Positions 26,500 to 39,519 of a stretch of 64,000 nucleotides of DNA are shown here, in pieces (position 1 is the first letter of the stretch; the number at the start of each line of letters is the position of its first letter). Source of the DNA: Nemertoderma westbladi (lineage: Eukaryota; Animalia; Xenacoelomorpha); the NCBI GenBank assembly GCA_032718475.1, contig JAUCBJ010004931.1, positions 100-64,099 on the forward strand. Direction: 5' to 3'. The position numbers and the translations under genes are program-made. A model generated the notes under the pieces. That model made no database searches. It was not told the DNA's origin and saw nothing but the letters and a program-made list of their open reading frames with translations.

Positions 26500-27810
26500 G
26501 TAATACAGTATGGTGAATGCAATGTCCTGTGGGGTGGAGGTGGCTTTGTTTGACTTGGCAAATTTGGGGGGACCATTTTCCACCATGCCTAATTTTCTCC
26601 TGAAGCTCCTGAGATTGTGCACAGGCAGTTCGTCATGGTTGATGCAATGTCCTGTGGGGTGGAGGTGGCTTTGTTTGACTTGGCAAATTTGTGGGGACCA
26701 ATGAGTCATCTCCAATGCAGTATAGTGTCTGGTGGGAGATGTGTGCATTGTACTTGACATAGTATTCCTGTTTATGTGGTATAGTATTCCTATTCCTGTT
26801 GATGTGCTATCATGAGATTTAGTGTCCTCATTGGATAGAGCCCCGCATGCATGGACTCCCACATTATGAGTACTGGTGCTTCTGATCCTCTAAATAATCA
26901 AACCTTAAGTTTCTAATGTATTCTATATGACTTCCAAATCCTGGACAGGATTTGCTGCCCATGCCTTCCCTTACAGATTCGAAGGTCCTCCCTCACCTGA
27001 CTTCCAGATCCATGATCCGTGATCAGCAATGTCTAGATCAGTTAGATGCTTGGCTGGTCTGATGCCAGTAGGTGGCGTTATAATCACCTCATCTTCATTA
27101 TGATGATCTAAGGACATGCATATAAAATAGTCAACCACAATTATGAATAATAATGGTGCAAGTGTGTCAACCTGTGGACTCTCCTTAAAACTTAGAATGG
27201 ATCTGTATCTCCACCAATGCAATGGCAGACACAAAAGACATTTAACCATTGTAAAATGAGCTTATTGCTGCAATAATTTCCTCAGGGATCCCTATCAATG
27301 CAAGTATGCTAAACATATATGACTGAGAGACTTAATCAAAGGGCTTGAAAAAGTTAACAAATATAACAGCCATATGTATCTTTCTTTTTTGATAACTCTT
27401 AAATTATGTATCTTCAACTAGTTATCCAATTATCCAACAACCTTTACAGAACCCATTCTAATTTCCAAGTAGAAGTCTCTCAATGGGATACATGATGCGA
27501 TTTAATCGATTTCTATTATAGGCCTATATAGTTTTGCAGCAATCGAGATCAACGAGATTCCACGAAAAGATCCTTAGTAGAGTGTTAGTACCTTCTTGGT
27601 AAATGGTACCAAATTATTTGTCAGTAAGTTGATCGATTTATAAGCCTGGGATGATTCCCTGCTGTTATCATCATCATTGATGGCATAAAGCGCCTGAAGA
27701 TTATTAGAGTACAGCCTATTCAAGGGACCTAGATGAAGCCTTAACTGCATTCTTGACTCCTGTAATCCATATGAGCCAGAACTTTCTCTGTGCTCTAGAG
27801 AGATCCTCAC
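26500..27810 (-). mobile_element. Degenerate RTE-like LINE, same family as 20590-22796
   Basis: Fragments LAPLLFIIVVDYFICMSLDHHNEDEVIITPPTG, GSWIWKSGE and TGHCINHDELPVHNL align with the + strand copy; many deletions. Confidence 0.8.
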
Positions 27811-29458
27811 AGTACTACCATTTGTGTGCGGTAATTCCCTGGCCTCTAGTGGCTAGACCTCCGTATTATTGATATGTGCCATGGTGAGATTGGGGCTTGC
27901 CGAATCATCTCTCGGGGTAAATACCACACTCTGGTTTGCCACTCACAGGGTGGGTGTCGCAATACCTTCAGATATTGGGTCTATCACCCTTACCTACTCT
28001 CTCAAGCACATGAGCTATAATACTATACAGATTATCTGCTGGACCATGTCCTACGCCCTTGCTCTCAGGTGCAGGTCGCAGTGGAAATTAGAAATGAGAG
28101 AGCACAATTATTACAGTTTTCTGGGTCAATGACCTGATCATAGTAGACCTGACTGGTTGTAAAAGTTGGTTGTAAAAGTTAAATGTTTTTCTATAGCTAA
28201 GAAGATTATAGCTAAGAAGCTTCTTCACAAAGAAACCCAATTGTTCGCTGTTCTGGTTTTTAATTGCTATTATAATTTACTCCTTCCCCAGCTTTCCCGT
28301 TTACGATTAAAATTCGATGAAACTAATTCTAAAATAATTAAAAAAAACATATTTTTAATGTATATTCTAGAACATTTATCAATAAGGAAAATAGTAGTAA
28401 ATTTTATATTATTTTTAAAAATGTTCTTTCACATAAAATATTTGTTCTAGAATAATTTATATTTCTTTAAATTAGCTAACATGTTCTAGAATATTTCCGA
28501 AAAGAAATAGCAAAAACTTGCATGTACTGTATATATCTTGTGAGGCGGTGATACCTATAGTTTAAAATAAAATGAAACCATAATCTATAAAATCTTAAAA
28601 GTAGCTAGATTTTGCTACTTTTTTATAATTAGAATGTGTATGTAAATGATATAAGATAGAAATAAGCTCAATAGAGCATGTAATAAGAAGAAATTTAAAA
28701 AATACGTTAAATTTTCGTGTAGCCCGTGTTTTCGGTGGCAGTTAGTGTTTTTTTTCTTAACGCTATAAAAAACAATTTTGTATAAATTACATTATATTTT
28801 GAATAGGGAAGAATAAGTAGCAAATTAGTAATGTTCCAGAATAATTTAATTAATTGCAACAATTATGCTGTAATTCAATGGGGAATCATAAAATTGACAC
28901 TGGCTTATATCAGACATAAATTGTTATATCTCGGTATCTACAAACTTTAAGTCGCATCCAATTTTTAAACATTTCAAAAATTTCAAAATACAGAATATAA
29001 AGGTAATTGATGTAAAAAAATTATACAATTCTACTTCAAGGAAATTTCATAAATTCATTAATTTCCAATAATGTTAGGGAAGATTTTTCGCATAATAAAA
29101 GGCCTGCTGAATTGATTTTAGGTGTAATTTATTTATTTGTTTTAGTTTAAAAACCACAATAGTTTATAATATAACAAATCAAATTTTGGGGATAAGGGTT
29201 TTTTTAGGTCGACAAATTCGATGGGCGAGATTACACATGCACCCGTTCAGTAGATAAGTTGTGTAAATAGGCTTCCTATATTGCACTAGCTAAATTGGTA
29301 TTAAGGGGGGGGGGGGGGGGGGGGGGTAGGGGGTAGCCGGCTGGTACCATAGGCCTATGGTCTGTTCTGTTTTCAGTTCATAGGCCACCTGCTCTAAACA
29401 GTCATCCACATTAGAAGATAATATTTATATATCTGCTGATAGCTGTTATTACAGTATT

Positions 29459-30560
29459 ATGCCTAGAGTTTACAAGAGAGTGAGGGGTGCAAGGCCTAAT
29501 CGAACTAATTACACGGAAGAAAATTTGCTTGCAGCTATTAGTAGTGTCCAGAAAGGCGAATCAACTCTTTCAAAGTTCTTCAAGGTTCCACGTGAGCAAC
29601 ACTCCATGATAAACTTAAAAAAACACACCCTTAAACAAGGTGGGCAGGCAGCCTGTCCTAAACATGGTTGAAGAGCAAATCTAAGTTAAAATCATTGGTG
29701 TATTGGTTGAATGTAAATGCCCTGTTGATAACGTTGATCTGTGCTTGCTGGTCCAAAGTTACTTAAATCGCAAAGGAGTTGTTGCAAGGTCCTTTAACAA
29801 GAACACGCCAGGGCTTGATTGGATAAACAGTTTCAAACTCATGCACAATTTAACATCTCGTTCAGCGGAAAATGTGAAACCCAGCCGTGCCGAAATAACC
29901 TCTGAGTCTGTTACAAATTACTTTGATAATTTGGAAAACGCCATTTCCCCTGGAACAGCCCAATGTAATATATTCAATTACGATGAGACAAATTTCACCG
30001 ACAACCCTGGTAGTAAAAAAGTAATTTGTCGGCGTGGGCGTAACCGTATAAAAATAAAAATTGATAACTCTAAAGCAGCTACAAGTGTGATGTTTTGTGC
30101 AAGTGCTAACGGCAACTTCGTGCCCCCAATGGTAGTATATAAAGCGCAAAACTGTTATTCTGAGTGAACCAAAAACGGACCTAGTGGGACTCTTTATGAT
30201 AGCACGTTGAGTGGATGGTTGGACATGGTTACATTCGAACGATGGTTCTTTGAAGTATTTCTTCCCTATGCCATGAAATATCGTTCCCCTGATACCGGTA
30301 AACCTGTTTTTTTAATTGGGGATAACCTCTCATCTCACCAATCAATTACTGTGATAGAAAAATGCCTAGAAGTTAACATCTGATTCATTTTTGTTTTGCC
30401 AAATTCTACTCACATCCTACAACCTTTAGATGTCGCAGTCTTTCGGCCATGTAAGGTTATCTGGAGGAACATTTTGAACAACTGGCGGAAAGAAACTAGG
30501 GTCAAAGGAGGGATTCCGAAGAACACATTCCCAGCCCTTCTTTAGAGTGTGCATCAAATT
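29459..30560 (+). pseudogene. pogo/Tigger-type (HTH_psq, CENP-B HTH, DDE_1) transposase relic
   Basis: MPRVYKR..NYTEENLLAAISSV, IFNYDETNFTDNPG, LIGDNLSSH and PNSTHILQPLDVAVFRP; several stops and frameshifts. Confidence 0.85.
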
Positions 30561-30724
30561 GGAAGAGAAAGACGAGAATTCTTATTAGAGACTTAATAAA
30601 TGCAATATCCTACTTATGCAATGTTCTACTTATTCAATAGGTTATTTAGAGACTTAATTAGAGAGTTTTCTAGAGATGCAATGTGCTACAAAACGTATTC
30701 GTATTCTATAGGTTAGTATTCTAG

Positions 30725-31620
30725 GGTGCTTCTCTGGAGTACGGAAGGTTGAAGCGTCTTGCAATATATTTTCCTTGTAGGTAGGATTGAACTCGATGTT
30801 TGGAGGCTGCACTTATACTTTTACTTTAGGCCTACACTACTGTAATAATGCTGCTAGTACGTAATGGTATTGGGTTCTGGATGTCCAAGCTGCTAAACTT
30901 TCTCAACTTTGTTGATGTTTTCGTCTGTTGGTTGTTCAGTTTTTACTTTGTAGTATATTTTAAGATCTTCTCTCGAGCTTCCTATATTGCATTATCAGTT
31001 CTAAATTTCTACCAGTCATAGTTGATTCGCTTAAATTAGCTTAAGTTGAATGTCCACAGCTTCCCCTTACTCTTTTCGAATGCGGTGTTTGTTAGTATCA
31101 CTTCACATTTTTTCCTATTATATGAGAGTAAGCACCCATTTCTGTTATGCAGAAATGGGTGCATACTCTTATACCCATTTCTTCTGATTGCATTCAGATC
31201 ACAAGCAATGACTTTAACAATTCGTTTCGGAATGACTTTATAAGTCCAGTCAGATCTTCTAGTCCTTGACGACTGCTTGTTCTGGCTCTAATACATTGTT
31301 TGGACTGTAGCAACACATTGCTGTTGTCTTGTGATTCCTATCAAAAATGTTGTGGGGTAATTATGAGTTTTTGATCCTGGAATTTTTATATTTGATGGGG
31401 TTTAGTGTCAGAAGTGCAAATGGACTTGGCAGAATTCCTACTCCACCAATTGATACATTGACGGAATTGCTTTCTGCTGAATTTGCAGAACTGGGAATGG
31501 ATGGACGGTACAAACGATCATCTGTGTTGAATTACTGGGAGCAAACCTTGGGATAGGAGTACTGTAGCACCCACCCCTACCTTCGGGTAGCAGCTATTGA
31601 AGAGGGAGACTGAGACAGGA
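30725..31620 (-). mobile_element. Old, deleted RTE-like LINE fragments (5' portion)
   Basis: Segments similar to the 31818-34140 copy (e.g. TTAAGATCTTCTCTC, AGCTTCCCCTTACTCTT) plus endonuclease-region remnants. Confidence 0.6.
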
Positions 31621-31817
31621 AAGGGGGGAAACTTGATGCAAATCCCACCTAGCCTAGGCTAATTACTATTTCGTCTCAATATGTTAAATTTCCAATTTAG
31701 GGAAAGAAGCAGGTTACAGTAGCATGTTATTCTTACCAAAACAATAAGCGAAAGTCATAGGAAATGATATAGTTTTACTTTTGGGAGTAAGGAGTTGTTA
31801 TTTGTGTCGATTCTTCC

Positions 31818-34140
31818 CTACTACTACTAGGTCGAGCGAACAAGGACAGTGGAAATGAGATCCTCCCAGGCTTCCCGATTCTCCATAGTTGTCGCAATTT
31901 CGTTTCTCCCAAGTTCAGTACCCCTTTCAAGTTGATCTATATAAGTTATGGCCGGTCCTCCACGACTACGCTTTCCATGAGTTGGTTGCCAGAGAAGTAG
32001 ATCTGGTATGACCTCGTCTTTACTTCGCCAGCAGTGCCCACTGAATCTTAATCTGCGTTCACGGAGGGTGGTTGATACAGGTGGTATTGTACCATACAGC
32101 TCGGCGTTTGTCATGTGTTGTCTCCAGCTGATGTTTAGGGCTGCCCTTAGTAGTCTTTTGTAGCAACCATCAATTCGTTGTTCAAGTGATTTAGTCAGTG
32201 TCCAGGTCTCACCCCCGTATAAAAATACACTTTCCACTGTGGCTCGAAAGAACTTAGTCTTCAGGTGCCTGGAGAGATCTGATTTCCAGATGGTATCCAT
32301 TTTTGATAGCGCTACCCAAGCCTTTGCTTTCCTAACTTCTATGTCCTTTTTGCTACTCTCTATCCATGATCCAAGGTACTGGAAGTCATCGACCTTCCTT
32401 AGTTGATTATTATCAATGGTTGTCAAGTTTCCATGAACATTAAAGGTCATGAATTCGGTCTTCGTAACATTTATATGCAATCCAACCTCCTTAGCAGCCA
32501 TCTCCACTTTATTTAGTAGAAGCTGTGCATCTGCTAACGTATTAGAGAGCAGGGCGATGTCATCCACAAAGTCGGTGTCTGTGATTGTAATTGCCGGATA
32601 TCTACTACTTCTGCGTTCTTGAAGTGTGAATCCCAGATCTTCACCCTTTGTGGCCGTCATCATTGCGTAATCAAGCACAATTACAAATAGTAATGGTGAT
32701 AAATGTGTCGCCTTGCAGTACGCCAGCCAGGATTGAGAAAAACTCAGTTTCACCATCTGGTGAGAGTACCTGCACTTCTGTGTCACAATATAACAATTAC
32801 TTCTGGTATTCCATAAGCTCTTAGGATTTCAAGCATTTTACCTCTATGGATGGAGACGAATGCCTTCTTGAAGTCCACAAAAGTCATGACTGCGGTGAGA
32901 TTCTTTGACTTAATTCAATCAATCAGTCTCCTCCTTAACTCAATCAGTCTCCGTAGTGCAAGTATCTGAGCTATTGTTGATCTACTTGGTCGAAATCCGT
33001 TTTGGCTCTTACGTAGTAGTTTCTCTATGTGAAGCCTAATCCTATATAGAATCATTTTATTGTATATTTTGGCAGCTACCACAAGCAGACAGATCTCACG
33101 ATAGTTTGTTGGTATGCCGAGGTCTCCTTTCTTGGGGAGAGGCTTTAGTTGACCTTTAGTCCAAATTGGTGGTGGTTTTTCCACCTTTTAACATCCAGTT
33201 GCAAACATTCAATAATGGTCTGTTTAGCACTCCGGTTTTCCATACCTCCGCTGGGATTTCATCTAATCCTCTCGCTTTATTATTGGACATGCTTTTTAAT
33301 GCTTCTTTAGAGTTCGGCAGGTGTGAAGTCCCCTGTTTCTATAGGTAGTGTCTTGTCATATATTTTCCTTGTAGGGCTGACCTCGATGTTTGGTGGCTGC
33401 CCAAGCAAGTTGCTGTAGTGATTTTTCCACTTCCCAACGCGTTCTGCAGGACTATCGGCTTTGAGGCGCCCCTTTGCACAACTTTTCCGACCAGATACCT
33501 CATTTACAGTTTGACAGGTAAGTCTTGATTGTTTCTGTATGTGAGCAGTTGTAATTGCTTCAGTTTTATCCTGTATGTTATTTCCCTGGCTGATGTTGTA
33601 GGCCAATTTAAGATCGTCCTTAGCTTTCTCAACCTTGTTAATATTTTCGATTGTTGGTTGTTCGGTTTTAACTTTGTAGGCTATCTTAAGATCTTCTCTC
33701 TTACAATTAACCTCAGAGTTTTGCCATGGCACATACTGTTTTCGTTTGGGTTTCTGGGGGATATGCCTCTTAGCTGATTCCTTGTGGGCTGTTATTATAT
33801 TCTGGTATATTGAATTGGTGGATTGGTCTTCATCCATTGACTGAAGTGCTTCAAAGCGGTTTTGAACTTCTACTGTATAAGCATCCTCTTTACAACATTG
33901 TCAGTTCTGAGTTTCTCCCAGTCATATTTCATTTGCTTGCTTGTCCTGGGTTTGCTGTCTCTCAAACTGAGCCTGATCTCTGCAGTCACAATTCTGTGGT
34001 CCGAACCAATTAGGTTGAACGAGCTGTATGGCTGGCAGTTGATCATGCTGTTTCTCCACTTTTTGTTTATAAGGATGTAATCCAGCTGTGCTTTGGTTCC
34101 ATTAGGGTATTGAAAGGTCCATAGCTTCCCCTTACTCTTC
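31818..34140 (-). mobile_element. RTE-like LINE, 5'-truncated and frameshifted
   Basis: ORF pieces 33307-33837, 32915-33184 and 31827-32786 are near-identical to the 667-aa ORF at 35749-37752; ends in a (TAG)n tail. Confidence 0.92.
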
Positions 34141-34482
34141 TCTAGAGAGAGATTAATTTCGATTCCTAGAACTTTTAACTTGAACTTTAACTTTTAAATT
34201 AAATATCATGCACAAAATATAAAGAAAGTATATATATTTCAGATATGAAGTTTACATCCAATGGATACTGCAGCAGTCAATACTATAAGAAGAGTATGCT
34301 CACAAGTATTATTTTGGAGAGCGGCTGAAGACAATAATATACAGCCGCCACTAGATGTTGACGCAGCAATTTCTAAATTGGGCTTTAAATTTTTATTGCA
34401 TGTGTGCGAATAAGGACTGTCATGACGTGTAAATAAATATATTATTATGAAAAATTAAACAGGATACGAATATGTTACAAAA

Positions 34483-35015
34483 TGTGACGGGATCTCAGTT
34501 GGCACGAGATCCCGACCGGTTGACTTGGTGGTGGTTGTTCCTACACGCACGCTGGCTGACTGATGGATGGACTGACTTGGCCGTAGGTGGTGAATAAAGA
34601 GTTTGTCTGTTGAACTTTGCTGTTGTTAATCGATTGACTATAGACTGATGAATAGTTACCGGTAGTGGCAACAGCACAGCGTAGCGGCGGAAACTATTTC
34701 ACCTCTACTATAATGAGTAAAATGCCAACTGGTTGGAATACACGTAACCGTTAATATATTTAAAGGGAAAAATACAGCCTAATAAATAGGCTGACGCATT
34801 GTTGGCCTCCAACCGATACTCATTGCCATCTGCTGGCCTCCCATTGGCTACTTACCACCCCATGGATCTACCTCCCTTAGACCTTGGGTTAGCCTCTAGC
34901 CACTGAGGTGGATTGTTCGCCCTGTTGGGTACCTTGATAGCCAACGTGGTAAATTGCCCCCCCCCCCCCCCCCCATTTTGTGGTTGGAATGCATAGCGGA
35001 GTGGATCCGCTAACA
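34483..35015 (-). mobile_element. Solo LTR (533 bp) related to the LTRs at 45977 and 53359
   Basis: Minus strand TGTTAGC...AGATCCCGTCACA termini match those of the full element; CAAAA 5-bp TSD on both sides. Confidence 0.85.
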
Positions 35016-35742
35016 CAAAATTTGTAACTCCTAACTGCAACCATAATACTTATTCCTTAAAATTTTAGTTTCTCCTGCTTAGTTTATTCTTATTCATGAA
35101 TGACCATAGTCTCAATAGGTAAATATACCCATGCAGGTTAACTTATTATTGTTGCTATGTAAAACATCTGTCGTTAAGATAAATAGTGTTCTAGAAAAAA
35201 TGCTCAGTGTGGAGTATGTGAAATATAATATAATTTCAAATGGCTTATACAAGTTAACACTTTCAGCAAAAAACTGCAGTCATACCCAATTTGAACGGTG
35301 GTCGCCACTGTCTACTTGACTATAAATTCTTATAGGTTTTTAATGCAATGATATACTTAAATTCTTATAGGTTTTTATTGCAATGTTATACTTATTCTTT
35401 GAGGTTTTTAATGCTGCAATGTTATACTTAAATTCTTATAGATTTTTAATGCAATGTTATACTTATTCTTATAGGTTTTTAATGCAATGTTATACTTATT
35501 CTTATAGGTTTTTAATGCAATATTATACTTATTCTTATAGGTTTTTAATGCTGCAATGTTATACTTAAATTCTTATAGGTTTTTAATGCAATGTTATACT
35601 TATTCTTATAGGTTTTTAATGCAATGTTATACTTATTCTTATAGGTTTTTAATGCAATGTTATACTTATTCTTAGAGATTTTTAATGCAATGTTATACTT
35701 AATTTCTTAATGGTTTTTAATGCAATGTTATACTTATTATTA

Positions 35743-37836
35743 CTACTACTAGGTCGAGCGAACTCGGACAGTGGAAATGAGATCCTTCCAGGCTTCCCGA
35801 TTCTCCATAGTTGTCGCAATTTCGTTTCTCCCAAGTTCAGTATCCCTTTCAAGTTGATCTATATATGTTATGGCCGGTCGTCCACGACTACGCTTTCCAT
35901 GAGTTGGTTGCCAGAGAAGTAGATCTGGTATGACCTCGTCTTTACTTCGCCAGCAGTGCCCACTGAATCTTAATCTGCGTTCACGGAGGGTGGTTGATAC
36001 AGGTGGTATTGTACCATAAAGCTCGGCGTTTGTCATGTGTTGTCTCCAGCTGATATTTAGGGCTGCCCTTAGTAGTCTTGTGTAGCAACCATCAATTCGT
36101 TGTTCAAGTGATTTAGTCAGTGTCCAGGTCTCACCCCCGTATAAAAATACACTTTCCACTGTGGCTCGAAAGAACTTAGTCTTCAGGTGCCTGGAGAGAT
36201 CTGATTTCCAGATGGTATCCATTTTTGATAGAGCTACCCAAGCCTTTGCTTTCCTAACTTCTATGTCCTTTTTGCTACTCTCTATCCATGATCCAAGGTA
36301 CTGGAAGTCATCGACCTTCCTTAGTTGATTATTATCAATGGTTGTCAAGTTTCCATCAACATTAAAGGTCATGAATTCGGTCTTGGTAGCATTTATATGC
36401 AATCCAACCTCCTTAGCAGCCCTCTCCACTTTATTTAGTAGAAGCTGTGCATCTGCTAGCGTATTAGAGAGCAGGGCGATGTCATCCGCAAAGTCGGTGT
36501 CTGTGACTGTAGTTGCCGGATATCTACTACTTCTGCGTTCTTGAAGTGTGAATCCCAGATCTTCACCCTTTGTGGCCGTCCTCATTGCGTAATCCAGCAC
36601 AATTACAAATAGTAATGGTGCTAATGTGTCACCTTGCAGTACGCCAGCCAGGATTGAGAAAAACTCAGTTTCACCATCTGGTGAGAGTACCTGCGCTTCT
36701 GTGTCACAATATAACCAGCCAATGCCAGCAACAATTACTCCTGGTATTCCATAAGCTCTTAGGATTTCGAGCATTTTACCTCTATGGATGGAGTCGAATG
36801 CCTTCTTGAAGTCCACAAAAGTCATGACTGCGGGGATATTCTTTGACTTAATTCCTTCAATCAGTCTCCGTAGTGCAAGTATCTGAGCTATTGTTGATCT
36901 ACTTGGTCGAAATCCGTTTTGGCTCTTACGCAGTAGTTTCTCTATGTGAGGCCTAATCCTATATAGAATCATTTTATTGTATATTTTGGCAGCTACCACA
37001 AGCAGACAGATCCCACGATAGTTTGTTGGTATGCCGAGGTCTCCTTTCTTGGGGAGAGGCTTTAGTTGACCTTTAGTCCAAATTGGTGGTGGCTTTTCCC
37101 CTTTTAACATCCGGTTGCAAACATTCAATAATGGTCTATTTAGCACTCCGGTTTTCCATACCTCCGCTGGGATTTCATCTAATCCACTCGCTTTATTATT
37201 GGACATGCTTTTAATGCTTCTCTGGAGTTCGGCAGGTGTGAAGTCCCCTGTTTCTATAGGTAGTGTCTTGTCATATATTTTCCTTGTAGGGCTGACCTCG
37301 ATGTTTGGTGGCTGCCCAAGCAAGTTGCTGAAATGATTTTTCCACTTCCCAACACGTTCTTCAGGACTATCGGCTTTGAGGCGCCCCTTTGCACAACTTT
37401 TCCGACCAGATACCTCATTTACAGTTTGCCAGGTAAGTCTTGATTGTTGCTGTATGTGAGCAGTTGTAATTGCTTCAGTTTTATCCTGTATGTACTTTCC
37501 CTGGCTGATGTTGTAGGCCAATTTAAGATCGTCCTTAGCTTTCTCAACCTTGTTAATGCTTTCGGTTGTTGGTTGTTCGGTTTTAACTTTGTAGGCTATC
37601 TTAAGATCTTCTCTCTTACAAGTAACCTCAGAGTTTTGCCATGGCACATACTGTTTTCGTTTAGGTTTCTGGGGGATATGCCTCTTAGCTGATTCCTTGT
37701 GAGCTGTTATTATATTCTGGTATATTGAATCGGTGGATTGGTCTTCATCCATTGACTGAAGTGCTTCAAAGCGGTTTTGAACTTCTACTGTATAAGCATC
37801 CTTTACAGCATTGTCAGTTCTGAGTTTCTCCCAGTC
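35743..37836 (-). mobile_element. Young 5'-truncated RTE-like LINE with a 14-bp TSD
   Basis: TATACTTATTATTA at 35729-35742 and 37837-37850; (TAG)3 tail. Confidence 0.95.
35749..37752 (-). CDS. RTE-like reverse transcriptase ORF, 667 aa (endonuclease lost by truncation)
   Basis: FVDFKKAFDSIHR, GVLQGDTLAP, DFADDIALL, FQYLGS and RRLRFSGHCWR are all intact. Confidence 0.85.
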   Translation of the reverse strand: MDEDQSTDSIYQNIITAHKESAKRHIPQKPKRKQYVPWQNSEVTCKREDLKIAYKVKTEQPTTESINKVEKAKDDLKLAYNISQGKYIQDKTEAITTAHIQQQSRLTWQTVNEVSGRKSCAKGRLKADSPEERVGKWKNHFSNLLGQPPNIEVSPTRKIYDKTLPIETGDFTPAELQRSIKSMSNNKASGLDEIPAEVWKTGVLNRPLLNVCNRMLKGEKPPPIWTKGQLKPLPKKGDLGIPTNYRGICLLVVAAKIYNKMILYRIRPHIEKLLRKSQNGFRPSRSTIAQILALRRLIEGIKSKNIPAVMTFVDFKKAFDSIHRGKMLEILRAYGIPGVIVAGIGWLYCDTEAQVLSPDGETEFFSILAGVLQGDTLAPLLFVIVLDYAMRTATKGEDLGFTLQERRSSRYPATTVTDTDFADDIALLSNTLADAQLLLNKVERAAKEVGLHINATKTEFMTFNVDGNLTTIDNNQLRKVDDFQYLGSWIESSKKDIEVRKAKAWVALSKMDTIWKSDLSRHLKTKFFRATVESVFLYGGETWTLTKSLEQRIDGCYTRLLRAALNISWRQHMTNAELYGTIPPVSTTLRERRLRFSGHCWRSKDEVIPDLLLWQPTHGKRSRGRPAITYIDQLERDTELGRNEIATTMENREAWKDLISTVRVRST

Positions 37837-39519
37837 TATACTTATTATTATAGGTTTTTAATGCAATGTTATACTTATTCTTATAGGTTTTTAATGCAAT
37901 GTTAAACTTATTCCGATAGGTTTTTAATGCAATGTTATACTTATTCTTAGAGGTTTTTAATGCAATGTTGTACTTAAATTCTTATAGGTTTTTAATGCAA
38001 TGTTATACTTATTCTTATAGGTTTTTAATGCTGCAATGTTATACTTAAATTCTTATAGGTTTTTAATGCAATGTTATACTTATTCTTATAGGTTTTTAAT
38101 GCAATGTTATACTTAAATTCTTATAGGTTTTTAATGCAATGTTATACTTATTATTATAGGTTTTTAATGCAATGTTATACTTATTCTTATAGGTTTTTAA
38201 TGCAATGTTATACTTATTCTTATAGGTTTTTAATGCAATGTTAAACTTATTCCGATAGGTTTTTAATGCAATGTTATACTTATTCTTAGAGGTTTTTAAT
38301 GCAATGTTGTACTTAAATTCTTATACGTTTTTAATGCAATGTTATACTTATTCTTATAGGTTTTTAATGCTGCAATGTTATACTTAAATTCTTATAGGTT
38401 TTTAATGCAATGTTATACTTATTCTTATAGGTTTTTAATGCAATGTTATACTTATTCTTATAGGTTTTTAATGCAATGTTAAACTTATTCCGATAGGTTT
38501 TTAATGCAATGTTATACTTAAATTCTTATAGGTTTTTAATGCAATGTTATACTTATTATTATAGGTTTTTAATGCAATATTATACTTATTCTTATAGGTT
38601 TTTAATGCAATGTTATACTTAAATTCTTATAGGTTTTTAACGCAATGTTATACTTATTCTTATAGGTTTTTAATGCAATGTTATACTTATTCTTATAGGT
38701 TTTTAATGCAATGTTATACTTAAATTCTTATAGGTTTTTAATGCAATGTTATACTTATTCCTATAGGTTTTTAATTATTATCTCAACATTTTTATGTACA
38801 GTATTTTCATTTGTACTGCGCATTTAATTTTACAAGATATTTGTTTGTTAAAGTTTGTTAAATTCGATTATTCATTGTTAGATTATATTTGCTACATTCG
38901 AGCCCATGTTAATGACCATAAAAAAACATTATATGTATTGTTAATTGATCCATATATATATACAGTTTTTTATGGCCATTATCATAGGCACGTTTTTAAA
39001 ACATAAAAAGTACCCGAAGTCACCCCATTTGAGGGTATAATTCGGCTTAACTACTAACAAAATGTAATGCCGAAGTCACTCCAAGTAATGGGGTGACTTC
39101 GACATTTCTTTAGGTAAAAAAAAAATGGCAACAACAAAATGGCAGCTTCCCTATTTGAAATTGAAAGGTAGATTACATAATGTTACAATCAAACAGTAAA
39201 AACACAGGTTATGGCCTTCCTATGGTTAGAAATTGTTACAAAATGTTTGAAGTGATCGGTTTACGGTACTCCTCCATTATTTTAAATTTTTATTTTCCGA
39301 TACCACATTTTGTGGGCATTGGTACACCTTAATTTGGTACCCATAGTTTGACCAATTTATTTCATATGAAAAAGGCTTTTATCGTGAATTTTTTTTCTAT
39401 TACAAATATTTGACCTTCTAACAGTAGGATGGCAGCTAGTAATTTTGATTTTGTGTTAGCTAGTACTTTTCATAAGATATTAAAAAAATAAAACGTATTT
39501 AGAACATCAAACACAACTG

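Larger units (their letters stand above)
35325..38775. repeat. 33-bp minisatellite TTATAGGTTTTTAATGCAATGTTATACTTATTC, split by an RTE insertion
   Basis: Arrays at 35325-35742 and 37837-38775, with AAATTC and CTG variants. Confidence 0.95.

Noticed and set aside
31540-31615. Possible HDV-like ribozyme at an RTE 5' end
   Set aside because: Only a small CTACC-TTCG-GGTAG hairpin is visible; I could not build the double pseudoknot by eye. An Infernal or RNArobo search would settle it.
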